64,000 nucleotides of DNA from Vicugna vicugna (Eukaryota), in NCBI GenBank assembly GCA_013265495.1, contig MU058781.1, positions 8,227,009 to 8,291,008 on the forward strand. The letters run 5' to 3'. Position numbers and translations under genes: made by a program. The first letter of the stretch is position 1. Each line of letters begins with the position of its first letter. Positions 23,751-36,760 of this stretch are shown here, piece after piece. The notes beneath the pieces were generated by a model. The model had not been told where the DNA came from, made no database searches, and saw only the letters and a program-made list of their open reading frames with translations.

Positions 23751-25546
23751 CTGAAAACGGGGGGCAGAAAATGAGGGTGAGCATTCAGAAGCCTTCTCCA
23801 GAAGGAGTGGCGGGAGGCATTCGTCCTGACGGCAGAGACTGCGTGACGGGCTGCAGTCCGACGCAGGGTACACCTCGGACCCTGCGGGTGTATCTGCAAC
23901 AGAAGACAACTTTCACCAGCAAGTTCTACCAACGAGGGCCTGGAGGTCTCCTTTCCCAAAACATAAGAGAAATCAATAACCCTCCAGGGTGGCAATCTTC
24001 CATCAGAAAGACAGACCCACTGGCCTTCCACTTTGCAGCAGGCAGGGCCCAGGAAATGGGTTTGAATTCCCAGCGAGGAGCACCCAGGCTTAGCTAGGGA
24101 GAGTCACCGTCCGAGCCAGGACGTGGGCAGGTCGTGGAAAACTTTAGAACACCCTTCAGGATGGTTTACATGCAGTCTGCTCTGCGGTTAAGATGCACTG
24201 AGGTTTTTAATTCCCCTGGCCGGATTAATTCTGCCCGATCCCCCTGACATTTCAGGGAATGCCAGCTAACAGTTACAGCTCCTGATTTTTTATAAACACA
24301 CTGCTTTGATTTGTAATTTAGTGACAGCAATAGCACCTCCCTCACGGGGCCGCTTGGGGCTGAAGCGCGTGAGTATTTACAAGGTACTGAGAACAGTGCC
24401 GGGCTCCCGGTTAAGTGCGCACCACGATTCACTATGACACCACCGAGGGGGGCAGCAGCTTGCGCGTGCCAGGCCCCCCCCACCATCAGTGTGTCTTTAG
24501 CCAAAATGCAGCCTCACCGCTTAGCAATCTCTGTGCACAGAAATGCAAGCGTCTCCTTGGAGAGTGATGTGAAGACTCTCTGATAATACCTTTTTTCAAA
24601 TAAAAGCATGTGAAACAAACACAGCACTCCTGCGACAGAATCTGCCCAGAAGCCTGTGGTTACTTTGACGTCTCACAGCCATGGCGACCTCACTCTTAGA
24701 TTTTGTCAATAAAGCTGCTGGAGCCCAGACTCACCCTGAAGTGCGAGGACCCGACTATGTCAAAGCTCTGAAATTCATGCTTAATTAATCAGTCACTTAC
24801 ATTTTCAAATACTCAAGATTGCGCAGACGTTTGCATTTTTAAATAACTTATTCTCAATTTCCCCTTTTCCAATTTTCTCCATCCCATCAATTGATTACAA
24901 ATTTCCCTTAAATCTACGATCTTTGATCTGAATGAATTCAGCACAAGAGCAAAGTTCAGTGAGTTACCCTAATGCTGACAGATTTGAGATGAATACATTT
25001 CAGATTAAAATTAAAATATGATTTCAAAAAACCATCTTGAACTCTCTTGACGTCAATAAAAGCGAGCACCAAGCATGCGGGTGTAAAACTGGTTTCCCTT
25101 GCCAGAAGCAGGTTCTTCAGTCAAAAGCACATTTATTCTGGTCCCCGCTCTTTCCCCCACCACCTTTTGTGACACAGTATCCTTGGGCTGTCTATGAATT
25201 TCTATTCATTAAGACAAAACGCCCATAAATCTGAATGTGTTAACTAGCCCAATGCTGAGCACATCGTAGGCACTAAATAATTGGCTGGTTGGCTAATGGG
25301 TGAGTTGCTTCAATATCCCCAGGCAGTGAGCTCCTTTGTGAAATAAACATCTGTTGCTCCAACACAGAGAACCACAGCAAATACAGACCAATACTGGTAT
25401 TTTAAAACAAATAGGGGGGAGTTATCAGCCAAGCTTTCTGGTAAGGTGTTTGGCTTTTAATTAGAATGTGTTTAGTGACAGTCAGCCCGGGCAGCAAAGC
25501 TCTGTTTTCTGGACCTCTGAGTCAATACTTGGCACTAAAAACTTAC

Positions 25547-25730
25547 AGTGGGAGAAGGTTCTGGCAGGCTGTGGAAACCTTTTTCCTTCCAGTTCACTTC
25601 CAGCAATTTCATGTGTGTATGTCTCCCCTCAATGAAGGCTACATAATCCTTGAAATTGTTACAAGGGCCAGCTATGACACTCATGAAGTTGAGAAGGTAG
25701 CTTAAGTATTCCAAAAAGGAGGGTTTTGCT
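25547..25730 (-). CDS. MBOAT1: MBOAT1 coding exon 7 (184 bp)
   Basis: (K)AKPSFLEYLSYLLNFMSVIAGPCNNFKDYVAFIEGRHTHMKLLEVNWKEKGFHSLPEPSPT. Acceptor cgcag|A, donor ACT|gtaagt. Confidence 0.97.
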
Positions 25731-25948
25731 CTGCGAAAATAAAGTGAAAAAGTTGAAGAGTCTTCAGTCTTTGATTTTTCTTTCATGTTTTCAAATGTAC
25801 CCATCGTAAACACAGGTGTTATTTCCGTAGCTTGTTAAACGTAACGTGATCTTTCCTTGTTCTGTTTCTTTAAAAGTCCGCCTAAGAGAGAAATCTAGTT
25901 GAAAGGACGTTAATGAGGTGGGTGGCTCAGGGGAGGCGCAGCACTCCG

Positions 25949-25967
25949 TGGCGCCCTCTGCTGGCCA
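25949..25967 (-). promoter_or_regulatory. Candidate CTCF binding site
   Basis: Minus strand TGGCCAGCAGAGGGCGCCA, a near-ideal match to the CTCF core consensus. Confidence 0.7.
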
Positions 25968-27230
25968 AGCACAGCTATAACCGCGGAGGACCAGGACTGG
26001 GGCAAAGGCACCTCAGAGGCTGGGATATAAATGTTCTTTCTCCACAACCTTGGCTGTCTGTCTACCCGAGAAAGTGAAGGCAATTAAAGCTAAGTAAGGC
26101 AGGGTGGGAACCTGACCTAATGTTAGTGGGTCCAGATGCTTTGAAATGGGAAAATTCCCTCCCAACTGTCAAAATAAATGCAAAACAAATGATGGGTGGA
26201 ACTGGTTTCCATTTGAAGAGGCCGCACAGGACTATCACTGTACAGTCTCTCATCTGCTCTGGCATCCAGGCACAAGGTCCTGGACAGCAGACAAGGGTCG
26301 TGACAGGAAAAAATTCTGTAGAGACCAGTTCTGTCTTGTGTTTTTAATGGCATTTTAAAGGGCATACCCTGCAAGCAGGAAAGAATTGTGGGGAAAAGCC
26401 CCCTAAGATGCCATGGCTAACCCGTCACTGGAATTATGCCCTAGAGAACTGACACCCCATGGTGCTTAGCAAAGAACTTGATTCATTAGAACCGTCCAAT
26501 GGTTCTCTCTGCATTGCTTCCAGGTCCCAATTCCTTCAGGACAGGATGAAACACTCCATCTCCCTACCACCTAGGACCCTCTCTTACACATCCCAGTGGG
26601 AACCCCCGCCATGGCTGCACCACTGTCCCCAGAGTGCCACATGCCACTCCCAATTCCTGTATCAGTGTTAGCCTCCCACTCTACACAGCCCCCCTCCCTC
26701 TCCAGCACCCCCACCCCTGCCCTGTCTACTGCATGTCAACACTGGCCAAAGTCCTCCTTCCGCCTGTAGCTTCCTCCTGTTCCCCAGCCCATTTTTCTCT
26801 CTCCAGCCCCACTTCCTTTTTCATGCCAGGATTTAATCCTACTGATGTGCATTGATCATTAACCCTTTCTCAGAGACCCCCAGACACATGCCCGAAAAAA
26901 TCAGACAGAACCACCCCAGGGAAGGAGAATCCTACAAAACTAACAAAATTACAGAGCCATTTACCCTTTGGTCTAGCACTTTCACGTCTGGGAATCTATC
27001 CTACAGCTACACCCAAACCCATTTGAAATGACCTATGAACAAGGTTACCTTGGCTTACCATTGATCAGAGCCAAAGACTGGTAGGCAACTCTGGTGTCCA
27101 TCAAAAGCAGATTCATTAAAAAATCAGTATTACATCCATATAATGGAGTCAATAAGTAGATATAAAAAAGGAGGATCTCTGGGGACTGATACCCAAAGGG
27201 CTCGAGAATATATTATTAAATTCAACTTAC

Positions 27231-27285
27231 TTTACAGCAAGTCGATGTTGCTCAGTGGAAAGGTCTTCAGCTCTTCGGCCTAGTC
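27231..27285 (-). CDS. MBOAT1: MBOAT1 coding exon 6 (55 bp)
   Basis: (G)LGRRAEDLSTEQHRLAV(K). Acceptor catag|GA, donor AA|gtaagt. Confidence 0.95.
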
Positions 27286-27801
27286 CTATGGAAAGAAATA
27301 TTTAGAAATAAGATGTTTGAAGTGATGTAGATCACTAATCCTAAAAGGAGCTTATAAAACTTACTTGAAAGAAGTGATTTTTGTTTCATAAACCATAAAG
27401 TGTCCTCGTTTTCCATTTTTTTAAATGCCCTGGATCAAAGGGCTGCCCGTAAACACACATGTGAGGAGGAAAGTCATTTTCGGTTCTTACGAAGAGGGAA
27501 GAATTCCAGGGTGACCCCTGTTTAACTCGCACGGTATGAACACGGATCCCGGGGAACCCTCCACACTCATACACTCCTAACACGCTGTGCATGCTTTTGT
27601 TGCTACGTGACAGACAAGCCTGCCTCTGCAGCCCGCGCCAGCTTAACTCCCTCCCTGATTACGCTGGTGCAGATGCCAGTCTACGCTGAGGATGGATGGA
27701 AAGGGGCAGGGAAAGGAAAAGAACAGGAGACGCCACCCTGAATACAGCGGACACACAAAACGATTGTCAGGAGATCTGTCTTCTTTTAAAACCCATCCAT
27801 G

Positions 27802-28193
27802 CCTTGGATGGACCTGGAGATGGTCATTCTAAGTGGAGTAAGCCAGAAAGAGTAAGAAAAATGCCATATGATATTGCTTATACTGATCAAAAACAAAAAA
27901 GGACACAAATGTACATATCTACAAAACAGAAATAGACTCACAAACACAGAAAAGAAACTCACGGTTACCAGGGGAAAGTGGGTAGGAAGGGATAAATCAA
28001 GAGTTTGAAAACTGCACCTCTCAGGGAGTGATGGAAATGTTAGCTATCTTGCTTGTGGTAATGGTTTTGTTGGTATATCCATTTATCAAAATTCATCAAA
28101 TTGTACATCTGAAATACGTGTAGTTTACTGTACAGGAACCATACCACGATAAAGGTGTTAAATCAATCAGTCAGTCAATCAATCTATCCATCT
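27802..28193 (+). mobile_element. Composite L1 3' fragment (young L1 segment joined to an older L1MC-like 3' end)
   Basis: 27806-28010 is homologous to 32645-32855. After about 28017 it resembles an old L1 terminus (gtgatggaaatgtt...aaattcatcaaattgtaca). Confidence 0.7.
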
Positions 28194-28680
28194 CATCCAT
28201 GTCATAGAACTCCCAACCAGATCACATCTGTGCTTCCTATAAAATATGTATGTTAACTTAGGGTCAAGGAAACCCAAGTGTCACCTTAAAAGCAAAGGAG
28301 GTTGACTTTAAACCCATATATTCAGCTAAGACTGATTATGGTGAGAAGACAAAGTGTTTGTGGAATTCACTTATTCCTCCTACACACAAGAAAAAAAAGA
28401 AAAAGGCAAGTAAACATTTTGCTTCATGCAAGCAATATTCCCTCCAAAATAGGGTAAACTGAGAATGCTTTAAAAAGTGAATTTAGTCAAAAAGCCTATG
28501 TATTCAAAACAAAACCAAGCCAAGAAGCGATGTTAAAAAAAAAATCACACTTTTTTCTAAGATCTTATCAAATAGTACATACAGCTCTAGCAATCCCAAA
28601 ATTAAATTGATTTTAGCCATCGATTTATGTTGCTTATGTTTGTCTAGAGCCACTACCAAATGGTTTTCAGGTACAGAAAC

Positions 28681-28791
28681 ACGGACCAACTCACCCCGCT
28701 CTGCCCAGAACTTTCCCGATTTGGGCACTAAAAAATCTCAGACCCCGGGAAACTCTCGATTCTGGGCAAGGCAAGAGCACTGGTCACCCTA
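28681..28791. mobile_element. MER81-like hAT-Blackjack relic
   Basis: ggaccaactcacccc...tgcccagaactttccc...gcactaaaa...tggtcacccta terminal inverted repeat. Confidence 0.6.
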
Positions 28792-29628
28792 GAAAGACCA
28801 TCCTCGGAATAAAATTACTCCATTCTCTACATAATGACTAATCACCAAGAATGAAGTAGGAATAAACAGGGTCAAAATGAAATTAAATCAGTTTCCGAGC
28901 TTTAAGGATAAACAAGAAGACCTGCTAGCAGAGGCAAAATCTTCTCAACCTGTCAACACACAAGGGAATGTCAACAGTCGGAAAGCACGTGCCAGAGGCA
29001 GTCAAATCCGCAGAACAGACTTTTAATTGCATCTGGCATCTCTTAAGCCCATATTGAAATCTCCTGCCCAGCTGAAGTGTAACTCAGTTTTAACAGTGGC
29101 AATAATCACACTTTCTGGCCATTTTCAGGAAGGGTCTGAGAGAAAAAAGGTTCAGTTTTCTACAAACAGAAGATTCCTCCCAGCTTTGTATAGGGTCAGG
29201 CTGATTTCATTAGATAATTTTCCAAGCCCTCCCTCCACAAAAAAAGTTAACTAGCCAATGCTGTTTACTCTTATTACCTCATAAGCATCTCAGAGATTAA
29301 ACCAAAGAAAAAGGATGCCATTTCTTCTTAACAGATTGGGAAAGGAAGGACAGAGAGTGCCACAAATTAACTTAAATTTAAAACACTGTAAAGCTAGACA
29401 GAAAACCCACTGTTCTCAATGCAAATATGTCAATACTCAACACTCCAGATTCAGCAGGGAAATGGGAAATAATAGCTGGGAAAGTAAAAAGCTGTGATTA
29501 AAGCGTGCTGCAAATTTTTTTTTACAAGACACAGCAAGATCTGCCAGCCCGTGTCTGGACTTGGGCCTCATGAAGAGCCCTGAATGTCAGGCTCGCTCTT
29601 AGAACCAGGAGGAGGGTGTTTTTCTCAC

Positions 29629-29684
29629 CGTCATGAACTTGGAACGCCAAGGTTGTGATCTTCTGAGTGACAATCATCAGGGGC
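29629..29684 (-). CDS. MBOAT1: MBOAT1 coding exon 5 (56 bp)
   Basis: (G)PLMIVTQKITTLAFQVHD(G), visible in ORF 29522..29809. Acceptor tttag|G, donor G|gtgag. Confidence 0.97.
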
Positions 29685-29904
29685 CTAAAAGGAAGAGAGA
29701 AAATAGTCAAGATCGGCAAGGTTTTGCCACTGAGGGAAAAAGGAAATCTTTTATTCCATTTCTGAGCACGGTAGTTTTTCATCTTGAAGATGAATAAATA
29801 CAAAAACACTGAATTGAAAACAATTTTTCTTTCCCTTCCAAATCACTTTAAATCAGTAGCTGTAACAATGCTGCACAACCAGGTTGCGCTGCAAAGCCCC
29901 CCTT

Positions 29905-30072
29905 ACGCTGCTACTCACGGCTCAGTTCCAGGACCAGCACCGCCAGCGCCGCCTGGAGCTCGTTTGAAACGTTGGAATCCCACACTCCATTCCAAACCCA
30001 GAAAATGAGAACCTGCACTTTAACAAGGCCTCCAGGGAATTCAAATGCACCCTTAAGTGCAAGCAGCACTGG
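29905..30072 (+). mobile_element. MER5A-like hAT-Charlie DNA transposon relic
   Basis: ggaccagcaccgccagc..cctggagctcgtttgaaa...ctgcactttaacaagg..ccagggaattc...agcactgg. Confidence 0.7.
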
Positions 30073-30214
30073 TGTGGGAGACACCTACTCCCGGGTCCTG
30101 GTTCCACCTGGATGGATACATAGTTTGGCTTCTTCATCCTAATCTGGTCTAATGTGCTTTGTTCTATTTAAAGGCAATCACCCCATAGTAAAAGGATTGT
30201 AAAATGTAGCTGCT

Positions 30215-31555
30215 TGTAAGTAAACCACTTAGTGACAAAAAAGTAACATGAATCTTAATTTGAAAAAAGCCATCAAATAAAAGCCTAAGGATGCCAAGAT
30301 AATTCAATGGAGGCGAGAACAGACTTTTCAACAAACAGTGATGGGACAACTAGAAAGCCACATAAGAATACAAAAAGGAATTCAAAATGGGTCAAAGACC
30401 TAAATATAAGAGCTACAACTATAAAACTCTAAGAAAACACAGGCATAAATCTCCATGACCTTAGAGTTGGTGATGGCTTCCTAGATGTAACACCGAAAGC
30501 GCAAGGAAAAGAAAAAAAAAAAGATTAAATGGGTGTCATTAAAACTTAATTTTTGTGCTTCAAAGGACACACACCGTCAAGAAAGTGGAAAGACATTTCA
30601 CAGAATGCATGAAAATATGAGCAAATCACATTATGTGCTAAGGAACTTGTACTACAATATATAAAGAACACTTACAACTCAACAATAAAAAGACAGAAAT
30701 AACCCATTGAAAAATGGCCAATGGATCTAAAACAAAAGATATACAAACAGGGAATAAGCAAATGAAAAGATGCTCAACAGTAATCAGCCACCAGAGAAAT
30801 GCTGCTCCAAACAACGAGATGCCACTTCATAAGCACTAGGACGACTAGAATCAAAAAGACAGGCTCAGCTGGCCAGGAGGTGGAGAACCAGAACCCTCCT
30901 ACATCACTGGTGGGAATACGAAATGGTGCAGCCACTTGAGAAACAGTCTGGCAGTTTCTCAAAAGGTTAAATGTAGAATTACTGTATGACCAAGCAGTTC
31001 CACTCCCAGTTACATACCCATGAGAAATAAAAATATGTCTACACAAAAACATGTATGCACCTGTTCAGAGCAACATTATTCATAACAGCCCAAAAGGAAA
31101 TAAACCCAGTGCCCATCAACTGATGGATGGATAAATAAAATGTGATATGTCTATCTGATAGAATATTACTCAGCAATAAAAAGAATGAAGTACTGATCCA
31201 CACACCACAACGTGGATAGACCTTGAAAATACTATGCTGAGTTGAAGAGGCCAGACACAAATGGCCACATATTATATGATTCCATTTATCTGAAATGTCT
31301 AGAAGAGGCAAATCCACAGAGAAATGAAGTAGACTGCTGGTTGCCCAAGGCTGGGGGAGCTGGGAGGAAATGAGGGGTGACAGCTACTGCATACAGGCTT
31401 CTTTGGGGGTGATGAAAATGTTGTAAAATTAACTGTGGTAAATGTTGCACTCTCTGAGTTCACTCTGTGTATATGTCAAAACCTGCTGAATTGTGTACCT
31501 TAAATGGGTGAACTACATGGTATGTGAATTATAGCTCCATAAAGCTGCAATTAAC
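30215..31555 (+). mobile_element. Older L1 (L1MB-like) ORF2 end plus 3' UTR
   Basis: Typical L1 segments (aaagacctaaatataagagct, aaagatgctcaaca, aatggtgcagccactt, gggggtgatgaaaatgtt) with many stops and indels. Confidence 0.85.
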
Positions 31556-32419
31556 AATGGTGCCTGTTTTTCCAATCATCTAGCCTAGTTTAGTTCCTTT
31601 AATAGCTCTGCTCTTGCCCAATGAGACAAGATAAAAATCCCCCTACCCAACTACCATCCTTTCCTTCAAACCTTCTTGGTTTAGCCTGATTTTCTGATCT
31701 CTACTCTGGTGGCTTCTTACTGAATTTGCTGCCTCTGACCCATATGGACTGATGGCTCATTTGCATAGAAGGCTGAGGTTTTGGTCAGCATTCTATGACC
31801 AGCAGCCCTGGGATGACCCTAGGATGCCACACAGCCTCTGTGCCCTGAGCCCAGGCCAGGCCCAGGTGCGGGAGGATGGGACTGGACACAAACCACCTTT
31901 AGGCCGAAGCTGATAGGTCAGCTGCACTCAGCCACCTCTCTATAAGCCCGTTCCCTTCTTTAATTCCTCTCGTTCTCATTCTATTTTCCATCTCTTTAAA
32001 ATAAGCATGTGATATTTTACACTATCAATATAAACTGATAAGATAAACTATATTAAAGAAAAGAACCAACGAACGCCCCTTGAAATCTTAACACGAACGC
32101 TCAACTTTGCATCTTATTTGCAAAAGCTCAATGGTCATCATTGAAAACAAGATTCCTCATGTTGTGTGAGGCAAAGAGAAGGGGAAATGAGTCTGATTGT
32201 GGAAGGGAGGGGCGGCGGTGCTCTGCCCCAACTGGGGAGAAGTGGGTGTGGCCGACAAGGGAGCCACCAAAGTGGCTGTTCTATGGCAGCAAGACATGCT
32301 CAGAGCTGGCACTGGTTTTGACAACACTCTTACCTTGGGGGGAAAAAAAAGAACAAAAAAACCCTGCTTCCCATACATGGAGGCTTGGGTTTTAGAAATA
32401 AGGACCATTGAAACTTCCT

Positions 32420-33069
32420 ATGAAACCAATTTGAATCCCACTCCTGGGCATATATATCCAGAGAGAACTCTGATTTGAAAGGGCACATGCACCCCAATGT
32501 TCATAGTAGCACTATACACAATAGCCAAGACATGGCAGCAACCCAAATGTCCATCGACAGATGACTGGATAAAGAAGATGTGGGGTATTTATACAATGGA
32601 ATACTACTCAGCCAGAAGAAAGAATAACGCCATTTGCAGCAACATGGGTGGACCTGGAGATCGTCATTCTAAGTGAAGGAAGTGAGAAAGAGAAAGAAAA
32701 ACCCCTATGATATCACTTATATGTGGAAAAGAAAGGAAGAAAGAAAAGGACGCTAATGAACTCATCTACAAAACAGAAACACTTGCAAACGTAGTAAACA
32801 ATCTTATGATTACTAGGGGAAATGGGGTGGGAAGGGATAAATTTGGGAGTTTGAGATTGGTAAATATTAACCACTAAATATAAAAACAGATTAAAAAGTC
32901 AAATTTCATCTGCATAGCACAGGGAACTATATTCAATATCTTGTAATAACCTTTAATGAAAAAGAATATGAAAATGAATACATGTATGTATGCACATGAC
33001 TGGGACATTGGGCTGCACACTAGAAATTGACACATTGTAACTGACTATATACTTCAATTGAAAAAAAAA
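32420..33069 (+). mobile_element. L1 3' end (ORF2 tail plus 3' UTR), artiodactyl/camelid type
   Basis: atcccactcctgggcatatatatccagag...aatgtccatcgacagatgactggataaagaagatgtgg...gcacagggaactatattcaatatcttgtaataacc...tatacttcaattg followed by poly(A). Confidence 0.9.
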
Positions 33070-33619
33070 GACTACTTTGGTCTGACAGACCAATAGAACT
33101 TTGCAGCTCATCTTCCCGATACTCAATAAGACCTCTGACCCAGAATGCGTAACAGATGCCAGCAACTAGTTTTCTTGAAAGGGACTCATCCTAAGCTTCA
33201 CATTCAAGGTAGTTTCCAAATATGACTGTTTTTGTTTCCAAAGCCTTTTTGTCTTTTTCTTTCCCTGTAAGATTGTTAAGTCCCAGGAATCAGTCCCAGG
33301 ACCTCAGGTCCTAGCCTTCCTTACACAAGGCCTGACACAAATTTTTTTTTTTTTTTGTAATTTGAGGCCACACATTCTGATGGCTATGTAATTTACAAAC
33401 CAAGTTCCTACATTTGATTTAATCCACAACTTCATTTTAAAAGGGCCTAAAAGATTGATGTAACAATAAAGGAAATCTGTCATGGAAGTAGCCTGCCCTT
33501 CTCCGTACAAATATAAGATTTGTTTTCCTCTATGTGAGGTTAGATTTCATGTGTTCCATAATTAGGCACATGTTCAGCAGAGCATTTATATTCACATAAA
33601 CAGTGGGCACAGGAACGCA

Positions 33620-34010
33620 CCTCTCAGATCAGCTGCTGGGGGAGTGTAACTGACCGGCTCCAGTGCTGAGCGCGCACCTCCCTGAGGCTGCTCTCGGCCG
33701 GTGACTGAGCGCAGCACGGTACCCAGCGGACCCTCCATACAAGGCAGGGTGCTCCCCAGCCACGGAATTCTAGCTCGAGGACTTATCATTGAACTCGCTG
33801 AAACTTTCTTAGCCCTGCACTGCAGTCCCAGGACGTCCCTTCGTCCCTTCCCTCTCCCATCTCAGGGCTCAGACGTGCATTTCCAACCCGATGGCTCCCC
33901 CAGCCTCAACCAGCTGCCTCCTGGTCTTCCCTCCCAGGTATTTCACTCAACAAATCTCATACGTCTGTTCCCACCTTGGCATCTGCTTCTCAGAGAACCT
34001 GACGAAGGCA
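33620..34010 (+). mobile_element. ERVL LTR16-like solo LTR
   Basis: gctgctgggggagtgtaactgac...gctgaaactttcttag...ctgcactgcagtc..., ending ccttggcatctgcttctcagagaacctgac. Confidence 0.65.
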
Positions 34011-35106
34011 ATACCTCGTACTGAATATCTAGTTCAATGTCAATTAAAAAAACAACTATTCAGTACGAAATCTGCACCTGTGAGCACATGTAAGAACATA
34101 TTGTTGTCATTCTTTAGGAAAAAATATCCCCTTTTTGGCGGTGGGGGAGAAGCTATGGGTCAAATATTGTTACACATCATCCAGACAGTATTCTCAATAA
34201 TACACTCTTTTAAACATCTGAAGAAGTTTCTAGCAACTTAAATAAGAAACAACTCACACATGTGATCATGGGTTTGTACAACACAGCATACGGATAACTT
34301 GTGGAAAAGCAGATCTCAAATCCACCAACTAGAACTACAGCCTGCTCACTAAAAGGACATGGAGGGAGTCCTCCTACGTTCTTACTTCCCTGCGGGCACA
34401 GGGAGAGCACCAGAGGCTTCTGCTTAGAGGAAGTCCGTTCGGAATGCTTTCTCATCCATCCATTTATTTAAACTTGTGGGTAGGGCAGATGCCAAGCTTA
34501 GACTGCACAAGGTACCGCGATTCCAGGGTCAAATCCATAGTCACTGACTTATGATAAAACTCAAACACCATCCATGTTGCCTTTCAATCAAAACATGATA
34601 TAACCGAAGACATGTTTGTTGGTTTTGATGTAATTCATGCTTTTGGGGTGGGAGCAAAAATACAAAACCCAAGAGATACAAGCACATCGTACAAGCAAAG
34701 GAAGGACACAGAAAAGCGCCTTCATGCAGCCAAGAAGGACTTCCTCAAAGGCAACAGGCGTTGAGCTGTACTGTTTACCCAGCCCTTGAGAAGCAGGCCC
34801 TGTCTTTGGATGTTTACACACCCATCACTCAGAGCCCCTGCCCTTGAATTTACGGGAACCATGTGACGAATCTGAAACCAAAGTTCGAGTCCAGCGTGGC
34901 TGAGGTAGGGCCACTTCTTTTTTGTCCTGTGAATTTTTTTCACAACTGAAAACAAACAAGCCAAAGAAAATGAGTTTTTTCTTCCTGAACCTAAAATTGT
35001 TAGTGTAATTTGGATAAAGAAATATAGGAGGAAATGAAGTAAGGGGAAAACAGGCAGATGGAGATGTGTTTGGAGTAAAAAGATACAACAGTGCCACTCT
35101 CCCCAC

Positions 35107-35108
<2 letters not shown>

Positions 35109-35144
<36 letters not shown>
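35109..35144. repeat. (CA)18 microsatellite
   Basis: Perfect CA run read directly. Confidence 0.95.
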
Positions 35145-35149
<5 letters not shown>

Positions 35150-35669
35150 TCAATGCCTTCTGATACAGACTTCAGGCAATTTACCAGAAATGGTACCCAC
35201 TCATCCATTTCTATTTTCCATTCCAACTCCCAACCAAAAAATAACCTGCTTCTAAAACATTAAGTGAAACTCCATTTTGAGCAACATTCCAATAAAACCT
35301 ACCTCTGGTACCTTAATCTTTGGACCTAAAATGCTTAAGTGCTCTGTCCTGGTAAAGCTACGATGGTACAATGAGACAATGCAGTCATAAGCTAGAGATG
35401 TCAAAAGAGCCAACCAATCACAGCAGGCCGGCCAGCATCGAGCCACATCTGACACTCAGGGATCTTATTTTCCCCAACAGGTAATTTTAGATCCAAAAAG
35501 TTATACTTTATATTTTCATCAATCCTTTGTTCATAATGCAAATCCACTTATAATACATACATCCTAGGAAAGCAAGGATTCAGACAAGAAAGCAGTTTGG
35601 CAGCTTCGGAGAATCCAAGCACAGCAAACTTCCAATCAGCCGCAACCCAGGCCAGGACTGCCGTCTTGC

Positions 35670-35688
35670 ACAACAACAGGGGGCGCCA
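35670..35688 (+). promoter_or_regulatory. Candidate CTCF binding site (weaker)
   Basis: ACAACAACAGGGGGCGCCA, preceded by ctgccgtc at a spacing compatible with the CTCF upstream module. Confidence 0.45.
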
Positions 35689-36321
35689 ACATACAATGCA
35701 AACTGTGCAGCCCGGGGCCTGGCCCCAGCAGCTGAGGGAGACACAGGAGGCTCAGGCTGGACTTCCTCATCTGCTTGTTGCTTCTGCCCCTCCGAATCCC
35801 CTGCTCCCTAGATGACTGAACAGGGGGGTGATGACATTACAGCTTCTGTAGAATGCTCCCAAACTCCTATCAACTATGCCAGCACGCGGTGGGGAGAAAG
35901 TAAGGGACTGCTGGAGTCACAGCGAGGGAAGTACATAGTTCCACAGGCTTCCTAGGGCTGCAGATGAAGGCAGTGGGAACTCCTCTGGACTCATTTCAGG
36001 TTCACTGGTATCTGTTCAGACCCATCGTGGTCAGTCAGAGAAGCATGTGCTTTCACTCTTTCCATTACTCTTCGTAAAGATCTAACGTCTATACTTTGGC
36101 ACTCGGCAGCAACAACAAAATCCCCTGTCTCCATGTCAGCAGGAATCCACCAGATATACTTGGTATAACTTACACGCACGTCCTCAGAACTAAATTCATT
36201 AGCAGTCTTACCAGCCGATGTAACCAGCCCCCGATGACTCTTCTGTGCGCATTTTACAGACCCCAAGGGACTGATTCAAAGTCAGCAGTTCAGCTGGCCT
36301 CAACCAAATCAAGATACTCAC

Positions 36322-36417
36322 CCAGAAAAATCTGTAGTGAGAATTCCATAGTGGAAGATGTATATCCGGCTGATGTGGCATATTGTAAGGTATCCCATTG
36401 CTACAAAAAAGGAGTAT
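36322..36417 (-). CDS. MBOAT1: MBOAT1 coding exon 4 (96 bp)
   Basis: (R)YSFFVAMGYLTICHISRIYIFHYGILTTDFS(G), visible in ORF 36318..36518. Acceptor ccag|A, donor GG|gtgagt. Confidence 0.97.
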
Positions 36418-36615
36418 CTGGAACCAAGAACACAGAGGATCAGATTATTGTGCATGACAGCAGTGTGCTCAGTCCATTTTCCCTTCTTCCTCTCCCTCAC
36501 CCCGCCACACCGAGGCAACTGGTCACAAAGTCCTATCTACATCTCAGCCCATCCCATCCCTTCACTGTCACATCCATGACCTCGAGCCCTTCATCCTTTC
36601 TCACCTGGACCACTG

Positions 36616-36760
36616 CCGTAGTGCTCAACTTTGGCAGCATAATGGAATCACCTGGAGAGCCCACAGCCTCACCCCTCAGGTACTCTGATTTTATTGGTAT
36701 TGGTATGGGGTGCACCTGGCAGGTGCAACTCTAACGTGCAGCCAAAGCTGGGAATCGCGG
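36616..36760. mobile_element. MER5B-like relic inside an L2 fragment
   Basis: gtgctcaactttggcagcataatggaatcacctggagagc...tctgattttattggt...tctaacgtgcagccaa. Confidence 0.6.

Noticed and set aside
25047..25056. Isolated CRE palindrome TTGACGTCAA
   Set aside because: Single 8-mer core with no supporting motif cluster.
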